From contig OY970280.1 of NCBI GenBank assembly GCA_963715865.1, forward strand, positions 544,001 to 608,000: a stretch of 64,000 bases of DNA, in the 5' to 3' direction. Positions 8,628 through 22,929 of this stretch are shown here, one piece after another. Positions within the stretch are counted from its first letter, which is position 1. Every line of letters begins with the position of its first letter. The DNA comes from Candidatus Bathyarchaeota archaeon. GTDB lineage: Archaea > Thermoproteota > Bathyarchaeia > Bathyarchaeales > Bathycorpusculaceae. A program made the position numbers and the translations under genes. Below the pieces are notes generated by a model, which made no database searches, was not told the origin of the DNA, and worked only from the letters and a program-made list of their open reading frames with translations.

Positions 8628-11600
8628 TTAGGAGAGTGTTTCTGCCAAGTCTTTGCACACTAGTTTTGCTTGTTCCAGTACAGTGTCGGTTGCTTTTTCT
8701 TGTTTGTCTGGTGGGTAGCCGTATTTTTTGAGTATGTGTTTGACCAGTACTCTCAGTTTTGCTTGTACGCTGTCTCTTATTGTCCAGTCTATGGTCACGT
8801 TTTTCCTTACTGTTTCGACGAGTTCTCTAGCCATGGTTTTTAGGGTTTCGTCTCCCATGACTTCTTTGGCGCCTCGGTTGTCGGCTAGTGCGTCGTAGAA
8901 TGCTACTTCGTCTTCGGTTAGGTTTAGTTTTGTTCCTCTTTGTTGTTCTTCTCGCATTTTTCTTGCTAAGTCAATAAGTTGTTGGATTACTTGGGCGGTT
9001 TCTATGCTTTTGTTGGTGTATGCTTTGATGGCTTTGTCGAGGAGTTCTTCAAAGCTGCGGGCTTGGATGAGGTTCTTTTTCTGTCTGAACCGGATTTCGT
9101 CGTTGAGGAGTCTTTTGAGTGCTTCAAAAGCGAGGTTCTTTTGCGGCATCTCTTTTACTTTTTCTAAGAACTCTTCGGATAGGATGGAGACGTCTGGTTT
9201 TTTGAATCCTGCGGCGGCGAAGATGTCGATGACTCGGTCGGATATGATGGCTTTGGATATGATTTGTTTGATGGCTGTATCTACGTCTTCTGTTTGGGTT
9301 GTTTTGGTTTCGGTGTTTTTGACTATGGCTGCTTTTACTGCTTGGAAGAATCCGACGTCGTCTCTTATTTTGAGTGCTTCGTCGTTTGGTACGGCGAGGG
9401 CAAAAGCCCATAGCAGTGTGCTGACTTCTTTGAGGTATCTTTCTTTGCCTTTTTCTTGCTTTAGAATGTGGTCCATTGCTTGGAGCATGATTGACATTCT
9501 TTCGTTGGGTGATGCTGGGAAGAATCTCTTGTAATCGAAACCGTGGAATAGTGCTGAGACGATTTCGTATTTTTCCTGCATTTTGGCTACTGCGATTTCT
9601 TGTGGGATGCCTGTTAGTTTTTTGTCGCTTTCCGTGTATTCTGCGAGGGCTTGTCTTAGGTCGTTGGCTATGCCGATGTAGTCAACGATTAAGCCGCCTT
9701 GTTTGTCTTTGAAGACTCGGTTGACGCGGGCGATTGCTTGCATGAGTGTATGTCCTCGCATTGGTTTGTCGAGGTACATGGTGTGGAGGCTTGGAGCGTC
9801 AAATCCCGTGAGCCACATGTCGCGGACTATGGCGATTTTCATGGGGTCAGATGGGTCTTTCATGCGTTCGCCTAAGTCGTGTCTGCGTTGTTTGTTTCGG
9901 ATGTGTTCTTGCCATTCTGGTCCGTCGTCTGCTGAGCCTGTCATGACTACTTTTAGGATGCCTTTATCGTCGTCTTTGCTGTACCATTCTGGTTTGAGCG
10001 CTCTGATTTCGTTGTGCAGGTCAACGCAGATTCGTCGGCTCATGCAGACAATCATGGCTTTGCCGTCTAAGACTGATACTCGGTTATCCCAGTGGTCAAC
10101 TATGTCTTTGGCTATGCGTTTGATGCGTTCTGGGCTGCCGACGACTTTTTCGAGTCGTGACCATTTGCTTTTGAGGTATTCTTTGCTGTCGATTTCTTCG
10201 CCTTCAGTGACTTCCTCAAATTCTTCGTCTATGTAGGGTCGTTCTTCTGGTTTAAGTTCGAGTTTGGCGAGGCGGCTTTCATAGTAGATTCTTACGGTGG
10301 AGCCGTCTTCTACTGCTTGTTCGATGTCGTAGATGTCTACGTATTTGCCGAAGACTGCTGGTGTGCTTCGATCCGCTTTTTCTATGGGTGTTCCGGTGAA
10401 GCCGATGAAGGTAGCGTTGGGAAGTGCGTCTCGGAGATATTTTGCGTATCCGTACTTTAGAGCTTCTTTGTCAAGGTTCTTTGGAACTTTAAGTCCGAAG
10501 CCGTATTGGCTTCTGTGTGCTTCGTCAGCTATGATTATAATGTTTTTTCTTTCCGATAGCAAGGGGTATTCTTTGGTTTTGCCTTCAGGGAAGAATTTTT
10601 GGATTGTTGTGAATATGATTCCGCCTGAGGAGACTTGAAGTAGCTCTTTTAGTTTTTCTCGTGTTGTTGCTTGTTCGGGTTTTTGCCTTAGTAGTTCGTG
10701 GCATCTGCTAAAGGTTCCGAATAGCTGGTCGTCCAGGTCGTTTCTGTCCGTTAAGAGAACCACTGTGGGGTTTTCAAGCTGAGGCTCCAACACCATCTTG
10801 CCCGTATAGAAAACCATGGTTAGGCTTTTGCCTGAACCTTGCGTGTGCCAAACGATGCCGGCTTTCTTATCTTTCTTTGTGGCGTTGACTGTTGAGGTGA
10901 GAGCTTTTTTGACGGCGTTGTATTGTTGGTATTGGGCGATTTTTTTGGAGATTTTGACGCTGCCGTCTTTCTTTTCTTTTTCAGCCTCGAAAACCACAAA
11001 GTGCCTAACCAAGTCTAACAGGGTTTCTGGGTTAAGCATGCCCTTTAGAAGAACCTCAATTTGGGGTGCAGATGTTGATGTTTTTTTGGTGTTGATGGTT
11101 TTCCAGGGGGAGAAGCGTTCCTCTTTAGCGGTCAAGGTTCCTGCTTTCGCGTAGGTTCCGTCGCTTATGACTAAGACTTCGTTGTACCTGAAGACTGAGG
11201 GAATCTCCTGCTGGTAAGTTCCAAACTGCTTAAAGGCAGTCGAAATTGTTGCGTTCTCGTCTGCAGGATTCTTCAGCTCGATCAGAACTAAGGGCAGCCC
11301 ATTAACGAATAAGACAATGTCTGGTCGTCGGTTGTGGCGCTCCTCAATAATCGTAAACTGGTTAACAGCCAAAAACTCATTATTGCTTAAGTTTTGAAAA
11401 TCAAATAGCCAAACTAACTCGTCCTTTATGCTTCCGTCCGCTCTTTTGTACTGAACATTAACTCCACTTGTTACTAACCTGTGGAAAAGCTGATTGTTAA
11501 CCACCAAATCTTGGCTCTCAGTTCTCAAAATCTTCTTAATAGCCTCATCAATCGCACTGTCAGGAATAGACCTGTTAATTCGCCTAAGAGCATCCACGCA

Positions 11601-11751
11601 GCCTGCTTACAAGCACGACCTCACTGTACTTTCGCTCTTCCGCAGGGCCTCCTTCAGAAATATCAGGACCATAACATAAGCCATAACCAAGGTCTCTCAG
11701 CATGCCAAGGCAAGCGTCTTCAACTTCTGATTCAGTTATTATTTTAGACAT
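8628..11751 (-). CDS. hsdR: Type I restriction endonuclease subunit R; one extra base near 11594-11595
   Basis: [41 protein letters not shown]; N-terminus [14 protein letters not shown]... starts at ATG 11751, out of frame by +1. Confidence 0.93.
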
Positions 11752-13070
11752 AATGATGCCTCCACGTTTTCTTTCTGAATAGGAATTCTGATTTTTCCAG
11801 ACATGAGCTTCGGTAACAATAAATCTCGAATTTCCGAAAGGACTTTCGTTTCGACTTTTATCCCGCTTATTCTCTCCAGTATCGGAGCTAACAGTTTGTC
11901 CATTCTTTCAAGGGTTTTATCGTCTGGAACAATTACTTGTGAAGCTGTTAAATGGTGTCTTTGGATATGCCCCATGGTGGTTGCTTTGCCAGCGGCTATT
12001 TGTCGGAATTCTGGTAAGTAGTGAAGAACCCAATAATAGAAGAACCATTTTGAGTATTTTGAAGACGTTACCTTAAACAAGTGTTGGTTTAAAGCGCCCT
12101 TACCAAAGCCCCAGATAACCACTTCTAAACTGCCAGACCACGAAAACAAAACGTCGCCATTATTTACAATGTACTCTTCGGGTAGGTCAAGATTCGCTTT
12201 GTCGCTTGATTCCGTAATCCCCTGTCTTAATTCCCTAATTTTAATGACTGGCAAATATTCTTCGCCCTCTCTGGCGGGAAATTTCTGCAGCGCGAGTCCA
12301 TTAAGAAAATCGGCAATTTCATCTATGGGTTTCACTTTCCACCCTTCTGGAACCTCTTTGCCCAACTCTTCGCTGAAAACTATTTCTCCGCCTGATGATT
12401 TGTAGGGCTTGCCTTCTTCATTGGGAAACTCAAAATCGACAAACCAACGCTCATAAGCAGCTTGTCCAATCCCTTCGAGTGTGGTGTTCATTTTTTTGTT
12501 TAGGTCAATTTTACAGTTTAATACAGACAGTATTCTAGCTATTTGTTTCTGTTCTGCAAGAGGCGGAAGCGGTATCTTAATGCTTGTTATCGCTTCTGAA
12601 GAAATGTTGGCTTGATTAGCACTACCTGCAGCACTTTTTGCGAGATAGTATTGAACCTTTTTTGTAGATAGAAAAAGGTATATGTAATCCTTGTCTGCAA
12701 TTGCTTCATCTACTATTATTTTGGCAATTCTTTGATTCAATAATGCTGGATTATTAGAATTAAATCTTGCGACCTTTCCAACTGCGGAGGCGAATTGGTT
12801 TACATGTGACCCTGTCATCGATATTAATATGTCACCTTTTTGCAATAAGAAAGGTTTTAGCTTTGTATCTACAAAGCCACCATAGCATTTAATTTCTTGA
12901 AATGTTACCTCTGGAGGAGTTATATTTTTAATTTTTATAACGGCAATGCCCTTATTTGTAAAATCTGAAGATTTAAAAGCGAAGCCATTTAAGACTTTAA
13001 CAAATTCGCCTAAGCTCTTTAATTCCCAGCGTTCGGGAAGAATAATGTTTAAGTCAGTTTGAAAAGTCAT
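11739..13070 (-). CDS. hsdS: Type I R-M specificity subunit S
   Basis: Two TRDs joined by PLPPLAEQKQIARILS...WF; C-terminal RDLLLPKLMSG. Confidence 0.93.
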   Translation of the reverse strand: MTFQTDLNIILPERWELKSLGEFVKVLNGFAFKSSDFTNKGIAVIKIKNITPPEVTFQEIKCYGGFVDTKLKPFLLQKGDILISMTGSHVNQFASAVGKVARFNSNNPALLNQRIAKIIVDEAIADKDYIYLFLSTKKVQYYLAKSAAGSANQANISSEAITSIKIPLPPLAEQKQIARILSVLNCKIDLNKKMNTTLEGIGQAAYERWFVDFEFPNEEGKPYKSSGGEIVFSEELGKEVPEGWKVKPIDEIADFLNGLALQKFPAREGEEYLPVIKIRELRQGITESSDKANLDLPEEYIVNNGDVLFSWSGSLEVVIWGFGKGALNQHLFKVTSSKYSKWFFYYWVLHYLPEFRQIAAGKATTMGHIQRHHLTASQVIVPDDKTLERMDKLLAPILERISGIKVETKVLSEIRDLLLPKLMSGKIRIPIQKENVEASLCLK

Positions 13071-13082
13071 TATCGAACGGTC

Positions 13083-13695
13083 TCACGTTTTCTTTTTCAT
13101 TTTCTTTTTAGATTGGATTTCATCTAATTGATCTTCACAGAAGTCATTTAATATCAAACGTTTCATTGCTTGAAAGGTTTCAAGGACTTGGCTCTCACTC
13201 TTGCCACCAACCGTTATTACTTTTCCGCTCGAAAAGACTAAACATGTTACTGCTGTGCCTAGAGGCTTGTAGATTAAACCGGGAAATTGCTCTGGTTCAT
13301 AAATCGGAGAAGGAGAAGACAAGCTCTCATAGAGCCTCTCTAAATCTATTTTTTTGCCACCACAAACCGTTCCAACACCTACAACGTTTTCAATTCTTAT
13401 CCATTCCACGTTCTTGCTACTAATTATAGAGCCTATTTCGTCAATTTTCTTTATAGTATCGAATATGGCTTGTTTTGCAATTTCTTCAGTTTTGGCTCCA
13501 TGGCTTGAAATTTTCCCGCTTTCAAACATGATGATAGTAGGATTGGGCTTTTTTTGCCTATAAATTAACCCAGAGAAAATTTCTGGATTATATTCTGCAC
13601 CTGGGAGTGCCTCCACTAAAGCTTCGATGTCAATTGAACTTTGCATTTTTGCGGAAGCAATTATGTTAACTATTTTCAGACTTGTACGACCCCAT
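13083..13695 (-). CDS. tbp: TATA-box-binding protein paralogue; one extra G after the likely ATG
   Basis: Two TBP repeats: YNPEIFSGLIYR...FESGKI..GAK and YEPEQFPGLIYK...VFSSGKV..VGGK; upstream LKIVNIIAS strand is in frame. Confidence 0.88.
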
Positions 13696-13753
13696 TTTTC
13701 TCAAATATTTGAATTTTTGAGTATTATGCTGTAGAAAAGAAGCTAGTCTAACA

Positions 13754-15346
13754 TTAGATATTATATCCAAGCTCTCCTAAGTTCTTTTTTATTTTTTCTT
13801 CCAACCGCTTAGACTGTTCAAACTGCTCCGAGAGATTAGTTGTCAGACTTTTCATTTTTTCTTCAAAATCTTCTTCGTTTCCTTCATCTTCTTCAGTGCC
13901 CACGTATCTACCAGGAGTTAGTACATATTCTATTTGTCTTATTTGTTCGATTTTTGATACGTTAGAAAATCCAGCAATATCTGTGTATTCTATTTTAAGT
14001 CCTTCTATGGGTTCGCCTCTCCAAGCATGATAGGTATCCGATATTTTTTTGGTGTCTTCAGCGGTTAGTTCTCGATGTCTTCTGTCAACCATTATTCCTA
14101 GTTTTCGGGCGTCTATGAATAGGACTTCTCCTCTTCGGTCTCGGAATTTGTTGTTTTGTTTGTCTCTGGCTATGAACCATAGGCATGCTGGTATCATAGT
14201 GTTATAGAATAGCTGTGAGGGCAATGCAACCATGCAGTCTACTAAGTCTGCTTCAACTATGTTCTTGCGTATTTCTCCCTCATTTGACGTGTTCGAGCTC
14301 ATAGAGCCATTGGCAAGGACAAAGCCTGTAATCCCTCTCGGCGCCAAATGGTGTATAAAGTGTTGCACCCATGCAAAGTTGGCGTTTCCAACGGGGGGAA
14401 CACCAAACTTCCACCGGATGTCTTCTCTGAGCATTTCGCCTTTCCAGTCAGAATCGTTGAAGGGGGGATTGGCAAGAAGATAGTCGGCTTTTAGGTCTTT
14501 ATGGGCGTCGTTTAGGAAGCTGCCCTCGTTATTCCAAACAACAAACTTCGACTCGATGCCTCGGATGGCGAGGTTCATTTTGCACAGACGCCAAGTTGTC
14601 TGGTTTGACTCTTGACCATACACGTTTATGTCGTCAAGTCTTCCTTGGTGGACTTGAACGAATTTCTCGCTCTGAATAAACATCCCTCCCGAACCGCAGC
14701 AGGGATCAAAAACTCTTCCCTTAAACGGCTCAATCATGGCCACAAGCAACTGCACTATGCTTCTGGGCGTGTAGAATTGCCCGCCCTTCTTGCCTTCAGC
14801 ATCCGCAAACTGTCCAAGGAAGTACTCGTAGACTCTGCCCAGAATATCTTTGCTTCGACTTTCCTTATCACCCAAACCAATCGTACCGATTAAGTCAATC
14901 AATTCGCCAAGTCTCTGCTTATCCAACGCTTCTCTCGCATAATTCTTGGGCAAGACGCCTTTCAGGGAACTGTTATCACCTTCAATCGCATCCATCGCAT
15001 CGTCCACAATTATGCCTATTGTTGGCTGCTTGCCGTTCTTCTGCAGGTTATGCCATCTTGCTTTTGGAGGAACCCAGAACGCATTCCGCGCCTTGTACTC
15101 GTCTTTGTCTTCGGGGTCAGCGAGTTTTTCAGGGTCATTCTTCAACTCGTTATAGGCTTCTGTGAAGGCGTCGGAGATGTACTTGAGGAAGATAAGCCCC
15201 AAAACAACATGCTTATACTCAGCCGCATCCATGTTGTTTCGCATCTTATCCGCAGCCGTCCACAACTTCTGCTCAAAACCCAAATTAGCTCCGTTGGAAC
15301 CGTTAGCTTGTTTTCCATTCAAATTCTTTCCTGCCAAGCCCTGCAC
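13754..15346 (-). CDS. hsdM: Type I R-M methyltransferase subunit M
   Basis: [32 protein letters not shown]. Confidence 0.96.
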   Translation of the reverse strand: MQGLAGKNLNGKQANGSNGANLGFEQKLWTAADKMRNNMDAAEYKHVVLGLIFLKYISDAFTEAYNELKNDPEKLADPEDKDEYKARNAFWVPPKARWHNLQKNGKQPTIGIIVDDAMDAIEGDNSSLKGVLPKNYAREALDKQRLGELIDLIGTIGLGDKESRSKDILGRVYEYFLGQFADAEGKKGGQFYTPRSIVQLLVAMIEPFKGRVFDPCCGSGGMFIQSEKFVQVHQGRLDDINVYGQESNQTTWRLCKMNLAIRGIESKFVVWNNEGSFLNDAHKDLKADYLLANPPFNDSDWKGEMLREDIRWKFGVPPVGNANFAWVQHFIHHLAPRGITGFVLANGSMSSNTSNEGEIRKNIVEADLVDCMVALPSQLFYNTMIPACLWFIARDKQNNKFRDRRGEVLFIDARKLGIMVDRRHRELTAEDTKKISDTYHAWRGEPIEGLKIEYTDIAGFSNVSKIEQIRQIEYVLTPGRYVGTEEDEGNEEDFEEKMKSLTTNLSEQFEQSKRLEEKIKKNLGELGYNI

Positions 15347-15487
15347 TCTTCCAGACCTCTTTGTGGTTGTTTGTGTATATAGAGGTGTCGAAATAGGGTT
15401 GCAAGTGGTTTTTCAATAGGTGTTCATAAGCCTTCAAATGGAAGAAGTTTTTGCCATTTGGAAGGAAAAAATAACTCTTCAAGCTTG

Positions 15488-15784
15488 TTAGGTTTTGATT
15501 AGTTCTGGTGCGTATTTTTCTAGTGTGTAGTGGATGCCTTTGTGTTCGTATGTTCTGACGATTTTTGATAATAGCACTGCTAGGTCTATTAGTGGTCCTT
15601 CGTGTTCTTCTTCGCCGACCCATGCCAGTTCCTTTAAGGCTTGTTTAAGTGGAGTTAGTTCTTTGATGGTTTTCACCTCTTTTGTTTGCATGCGTCCTGG
15701 CCATTTGAGCGGACAGGCTATAAAGTTTTGTGTGAGGGTAGCATTGGTAAGAATTCTTACCATATGGAAGAAAAAAATTACCAA
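15488..15784 (-). CDS. Hypothetical protein (start uncertain)
   Basis: Protein-like C-terminal ~70 aa upstream of hsdM. Confidence 0.4.
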   Translation of the reverse strand: MVIFFFHMVRILTNATLTQNFIACPLKWPGRMQTKEVKTIKELTPLKQALKELAWVGEEEHEGPLIDLAVLLSKIVRTYEHKGIHYTLEKYAPELIKT

Positions 15785-16534
15785 TAACGTTTTCGAAATA
15801 CTTAACCATATATTGAGTCAACTGCTCAGCAAGCATGCACATAAGAAAATGGCAAAACTCATAGGGACAAGTCACGGAATTTTAGTGGAGGTGATGCATT
15901 GAAGGTTTTTTGCAGGCTTAATTGTTTGAACAAAACTTTTACGCGATCGAACAAATCTAGCCTACTCCTCAATTGTCTCGACAAAAGAATCCAGCCCTCT
16001 CACCACAAATTTACTATGTTCAACTTGCTTGTTTACAGCATCAACCATCCTCTTGGGAGGGAAAAGTGCGCACTCAAAAATCAGGCTTAATAGTTGCAAC
16101 TATTGATTTTTGATTAGTCGCAACTAAAAAATCTAGATTAAGCTATATAGGGGGCTATAATTTCTCAGAGCACTAGAGTTCAAGGTAGCAGTAAACAGCA
16201 GGAATACACAGACAGCAACACTCAGCAACCAGCCGCAACCAAAAAGACCCAAATTACAAAACCAACCCTCAAACCATCCAAAAAAATCTCACACCATTAA
16301 AAACCCTTTTTCAAGAAACCTTATTATCTTTCAACGTAATCCTTATATTAGCGAAATCCGCTTCTAATGCAATTCAGCAAAAATGGGTTATACCATCAAC
16401 ATGATGCAACTCCCCACCACATCGATGAGGAGTGAAGGGTGAACTGACTTCGCAAACACGCGCGAAGATCAAAATGACACCATGCATAGGCCAAACAACA
16501 ACGACGCAACACACACATACGAAATATGTTTCAC

Positions 16535-16561
16535 CAAACGCCAAACAAACACCACCAATGG
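16535..16561 (+). other. 5' arm of 23S processing stem with BHB-like motif (pairs with 19584-19610)
   Basis: CAAA-CGCC-AAA-CAAACACCACCAATGG pairs with CCATTGATGGTGTTTG-AGCG-ATA-TTTG (one C.A mismatch in the central helix). Confidence 0.75.
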
Positions 16562-16564
16562 CCC

Positions 16565-19580
<3,016 letters not shown>

Positions 19581-19855
19581 AGTCCATTGATGGTGTTTGA
19601 GCGATATTTGCGTGAGACAGTTTCGGTGTGGAGTGTGATAAGTTATGTTTGGTCCTGTGCATGGCGTATGTCATAATTTTGATCTATTTCAATTATAATC
19701 AGCATTCTAACTTAATTTACTTCAATTGTTTACGTTACGATAAATTCAAATTTCTAAACCAGCACAAGGCTTCTTGAGCATGCATGAGTGAGAAAAAGCG
19801 GGGTATCTTCCATTTAGAAGGTGACGATTTTTTGCGGAAATAGACCATTTTTCCA

Positions 19856-21157
19856 TTATTTTCGCTTCCTGTAGATCGGCACGTTAAGCGCCTGGTCGAA
19901 CCGCACAAACTCAAATCCAGCTGTTATCAATTCATCTTCTTCTTTGGGTGTCTGAGGTCGCTTAGTGACGTATTCAGCATTTGAATAACTGCCATGCTGA
20001 TATCGGTCAGTATTTGAAACGCATTTATGCCCAGTAAGTTTCTTAACTTCGTATATGTCGCCTGTTCTTTCAAATTCCCGTGAAGCTCGCCAATGTCGGC
20101 ATGTATGAAAATGTATCTGCAGCAGTCGGGGATTGCCCGTTATCCTCGCCATTTTTTCCCTTGTTCGGTTGAAGGTTTTACGCTGGGATACAAAGAGGGG
20201 GTTAAAAACGTGCTTGCCGTGATTCTTTTTAAGGTTCTTAACCATCGCTATAGTTTTCTCTGGTACTTTAACGGTTCTTGCTTTGCTGCCTTTTTCTGGG
20301 TGGTTGATAGCTATAGTGTTGTTTTTGTCGTCGATGTCTGTCCATTCGATTTTTCTTATTTCCCCTACTCTCGCGCCTGTGTCTTTTGCTACCTGTAGGA
20401 ATGTTGCGGTTACTTTGCTGCAAGCATTGATCAGTAAGTCAATTTCTTCTTCCTGTGGATAGAAGGGTTCTTTCGGTTCATAATGTGTCTCTAAGGGTTC
20501 CCACTCGATTTTGAAGGCTTTAGTAAACGCTTTGTACGCCTTAACTGCGTTATATTTAGTGGCGTCCGTCCATTCTTCAGTGCAAAAAACGGTTTCGACC
20601 GTTTCAGGGTTTCTTAGGTCCGCGCCTAACTTCACTATCCTAGTAAGATACAGCGTACGGTTCTGGATTGTTGACAGGGCCTTGTTGCGTTTCTTCATTT
20701 TCCATTGAAAGTCAAAGATTAAGCCTTGCTGGGTTTGGTCTATTTCACCCGCGCAAACAGTCTTCATTTCTGCTTGCGTGTCCAAGTTTTTCGTCTCCTT
20801 ATCGTTGTCGACGCATATTTGGCAAGTAGTAGCTATATCGTTGGTGCTTTTTAATTTCATCGATTCAATAGTTTGAGCTTGTTGAAACGCTTTTCTGGCA
20901 TTTTCAACGTCAACTGGATCGCTAAACTTGTAACTGCAATCACGGCAGCTCCATCGCTGAATAGGTTGTCCAAACATCGGTGTCCTATGGCCATCACGCC
21001 AGACTTTTTTGCTGCCGCATTGTGGGCATAGGGGGCTGGTGCCGGCGTCCCCTTCAAGGGGCGACTTACAAGATTTGGAACCGGCTTTACCAAATATGCA
21101 ATCTGGGAGAGACGCCTTTGATGTAAGCTCAGCCATTCCCTCCCACCTCTTCAGCAC
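19856..21157 (-). CDS. Tyrosine recombinase/integrase with N-terminal Zn ribbon
   Basis: CPQC...CRDC; catalytic residues in DTGARVGEI, HFHTCRHW, LTGHK, DRY. Confidence 0.92.
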   Translation of the reverse strand: MLKRWEGMAELTSKASLPDCIFGKAGSKSCKSPLEGDAGTSPLCPQCGSKKVWRDGHRTPMFGQPIQRWSCRDCSYKFSDPVDVENARKAFQQAQTIESMKLKSTNDIATTCQICVDNDKETKNLDTQAEMKTVCAGEIDQTQQGLIFDFQWKMKKRNKALSTIQNRTLYLTRIVKLGADLRNPETVETVFCTEEWTDATKYNAVKAYKAFTKAFKIEWEPLETHYEPKEPFYPQEEEIDLLINACSKVTATFLQVAKDTGARVGEIRKIEWTDIDDKNNTIAINHPEKGSKARTVKVPEKTIAMVKNLKKNHGKHVFNPLFVSQRKTFNRTREKMARITGNPRLLQIHFHTCRHWRASREFERTGDIYEVKKLTGHKCVSNTDRYQHGSYSNAEYVTKRPQTPKEEDELITAGFEFVRFDQALNVPIYRKRK

Positions 21158-21306
21158 TCAAGCGTTAATGAGATTGGCTCAGCTTGGAGAATGATGGCTC
21201 TGATTTTTTCCGCATAAACGATTGCCTGCTTATTGCAGTCGGATTTCTCAATCTCAAGGAGCAATCGGTTGATTTCGTTTACCTGAGGGTCGGTTAAGGC
21301 CTTCAT
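21151..21306 (-). CDS. Small hypothetical protein (51 aa)
   Basis: MKALTDPQVNEINRLL...; overlaps the integrase start. Confidence 0.45.
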   Translation of the reverse strand: MKALTDPQVNEINRLLLEIEKSDCNKQAIVYAEKIRAIILQAEPISLTLEC

Positions 21307-21313
21307 TTTTTGA

Positions 21314-21532
21314 TTAAGCCTCACAGTCGTATTCGTCGATTTCGTTTTCTTCAAAATCCTTGGTGTGTGCTTTGCCGTGGAGTTTGCCTTGGCATTTGCA
21401 TTTGCATTTTTTCTTGTCTGATTTCGCCTTGTAGCAGCCAGAACTGCATATACCCCTCCAAGCATCAGCCTCAGAGGCTTCCTGTTCGCTTTCATTTTGA
21501 AGGGTTAAATCGCGGGATACAGCTCTGGCCAT
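21314..21532 (-). CDS. Small Cys-rich protein
   Basis: CSSGCYKAKSDKKKCKCKCQGKLHG metal-binding-like motif. Confidence 0.5.
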   Translation of the reverse strand: MARAVSRDLTLQNESEQEASEADAWRGICSSGCYKAKSDKKKCKCKCQGKLHGKAHTKDFEENEIDEYDCEA

Positions 21533-21547
21533 CGGTTAAGCCTCAGT

Positions 21548-21835
21548 TTACTTGAAGAATTCTTCGTCTCGGAGTTTACGGCTGACTCTGATATAGCCAT
21601 GTCTCCTGCAGAAATCGAGGATTTTGTTTAGCTCCGGATCGTCGCCAGACGCATACTCTTTTTTGAAGCCCACCCTTCCAGTTTGTACACGGATTTCAAA
21701 CATTCCATCAGTTGCGAGGAGCTGGTAGAAACCCAGCTTTTCTCCAGCATATTCCTCAAGGACATCCCAGTCCTCAATGATGTTTACCAAGTTGTTGTCA
21801 CCTTGAACTATCGTGAAGCCTGAATTCAAAAACAA
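21548..21835 (-). CDS. Hypothetical protein of the integrase operon
   Basis: 95-aa ORF co-oriented with the integrase. Confidence 0.65.
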   Translation of the reverse strand: MFLNSGFTIVQGDNNLVNIIEDWDVLEEYAGEKLGFYQLLATDGMFEIRVQTGRVGFKKEYASGDDPELNKILDFCRRHGYIRVSRKLRDEEFFK

Positions 21836-22137
21836 TCTGGCACCTTCAAGGAAACTCCTCGTAACCCCCCTTCACGGAGTTTCCTTGTGAGGGGGTCTCA
21901 CGGAAACTACCCAAAACAGTCAAAACAAGCTTATGTTGCTTCTGTGATGTTGAGAAAAATTGCCTGTTTTATCTCAAAAAAACAATATAAGCAAAATTTC
22001 TTACTTTTCTGGTTGACGTAGAAGAGTTAGCTTCTACTACTTGCCAACGGGATGTCCTTCAAAGAACCGGATAAGATTGGACGCCACAGGCAGTTAGACC
22101 CGGGTTTAGCTAACTTTCTACGTTACTCACTTATAAC

Positions 22138-22803
22138 CTAAGAACCACTCAATATTGAAGCGAGCAATCTGCGTTCTGCTTTTCTTCGATGTTCTATTAA
22201 AGCAGAGCTTTTTAACCCTAATTTATTTGCAAGTTCCTTTGACCCGATTCTTCTTGGAACATCATAATACCCCTCTTTGAAAGAGGTAACAAGCACTTCC
22301 CTTTGTTTTTGTGTCAAGCAGGAAAGAGGTGCACTCGGAGAAAAACTTGCATCTGTAAGCAATACTACTTTATAATGCAAACCGATGTTTTCGAAGGCTT
22401 TAAGCAAAGTCTTGAGCTGCTTGGGTTTTCCCAGAAAAGTCATCCTAATCTTGCCATCAGTTATTTCTAATGGAGTTAGGAAGTAGCCTCCAAACGACAA
22501 CCCAGAAGACGTGAGTTTTTGCTGCTTGGTGCCTTTGGGCAATTCACCTTTAACAAAATAGGTAAACCCACCATTTTTATCCTGTTCTAAAAGTTCAATC
22601 TTGGCGTTAGTAAGATGAGTGTAAGAGAGCATGTCTTCAATTTTGAATGAAGGGTCTTTGAATTCTATTCGCATAACTGCTGCGAATTCTTTGTCGTTAA
22701 ATCTTAAAAGACGCAAGATTTCGTTTGACTTTACCATATGGACAGGGGTGTTCGGTAATTTCTCGATTTCTGTTTCTGAAATCTCAAGGACCATTTTTCG
22801 CAT
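22138..22803 (-). CDS. Regulator with C-terminal HTH_10 (Bat-type) domain
   Basis: LTQKQREVLVTSFKEGYYDVPRRI....LA..LG......EH.RKAE. Confidence 0.88.
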   Translation of the reverse strand: MRKMVLEISETEIEKLPNTPVHMVKSNEILRLLRFNDKEFAAVMRIEFKDPSFKIEDMLSYTHLTNAKIELLEQDKNGGFTYFVKGELPKGTKQQKLTSSGLSFGGYFLTPLEITDGKIRMTFLGKPKQLKTLLKAFENIGLHYKVVLLTDASFSPSAPLSCLTQKQREVLVTSFKEGYYDVPRRIGSKELANKLGLKSSALIEHRRKAERRLLASILSGS

Positions 22804-22929
22804 GAGTCTTGAGTATCTGTGATTTGATAATAAGGTTTGTGAATGAAAATTGCTGAAAAAGCCGACCTTAAGCGGTACAACTGTAATCCGTTACGATGCG
22901 ATTAAGGTAGCTTCATAAAAGGTGAAAAG

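Noticed and set aside
8979-11747. Long + strand ORFs antisense to hsdR (and similar ones antisense to hsdM and fibre genes)
   Set aside because: Shadow ORFs caused by codon bias on the coding strand.
11739-13070. Phase-variable hsdS shuffling
   Set aside because: No second hsdS, inverted repeats or adjacent invertase seen.
21151-21495. 114-aa ORF as listed
   Set aside because: Overlaps the more plausible Cys-rich ORF; only the part from ATG 21306 looks coding.
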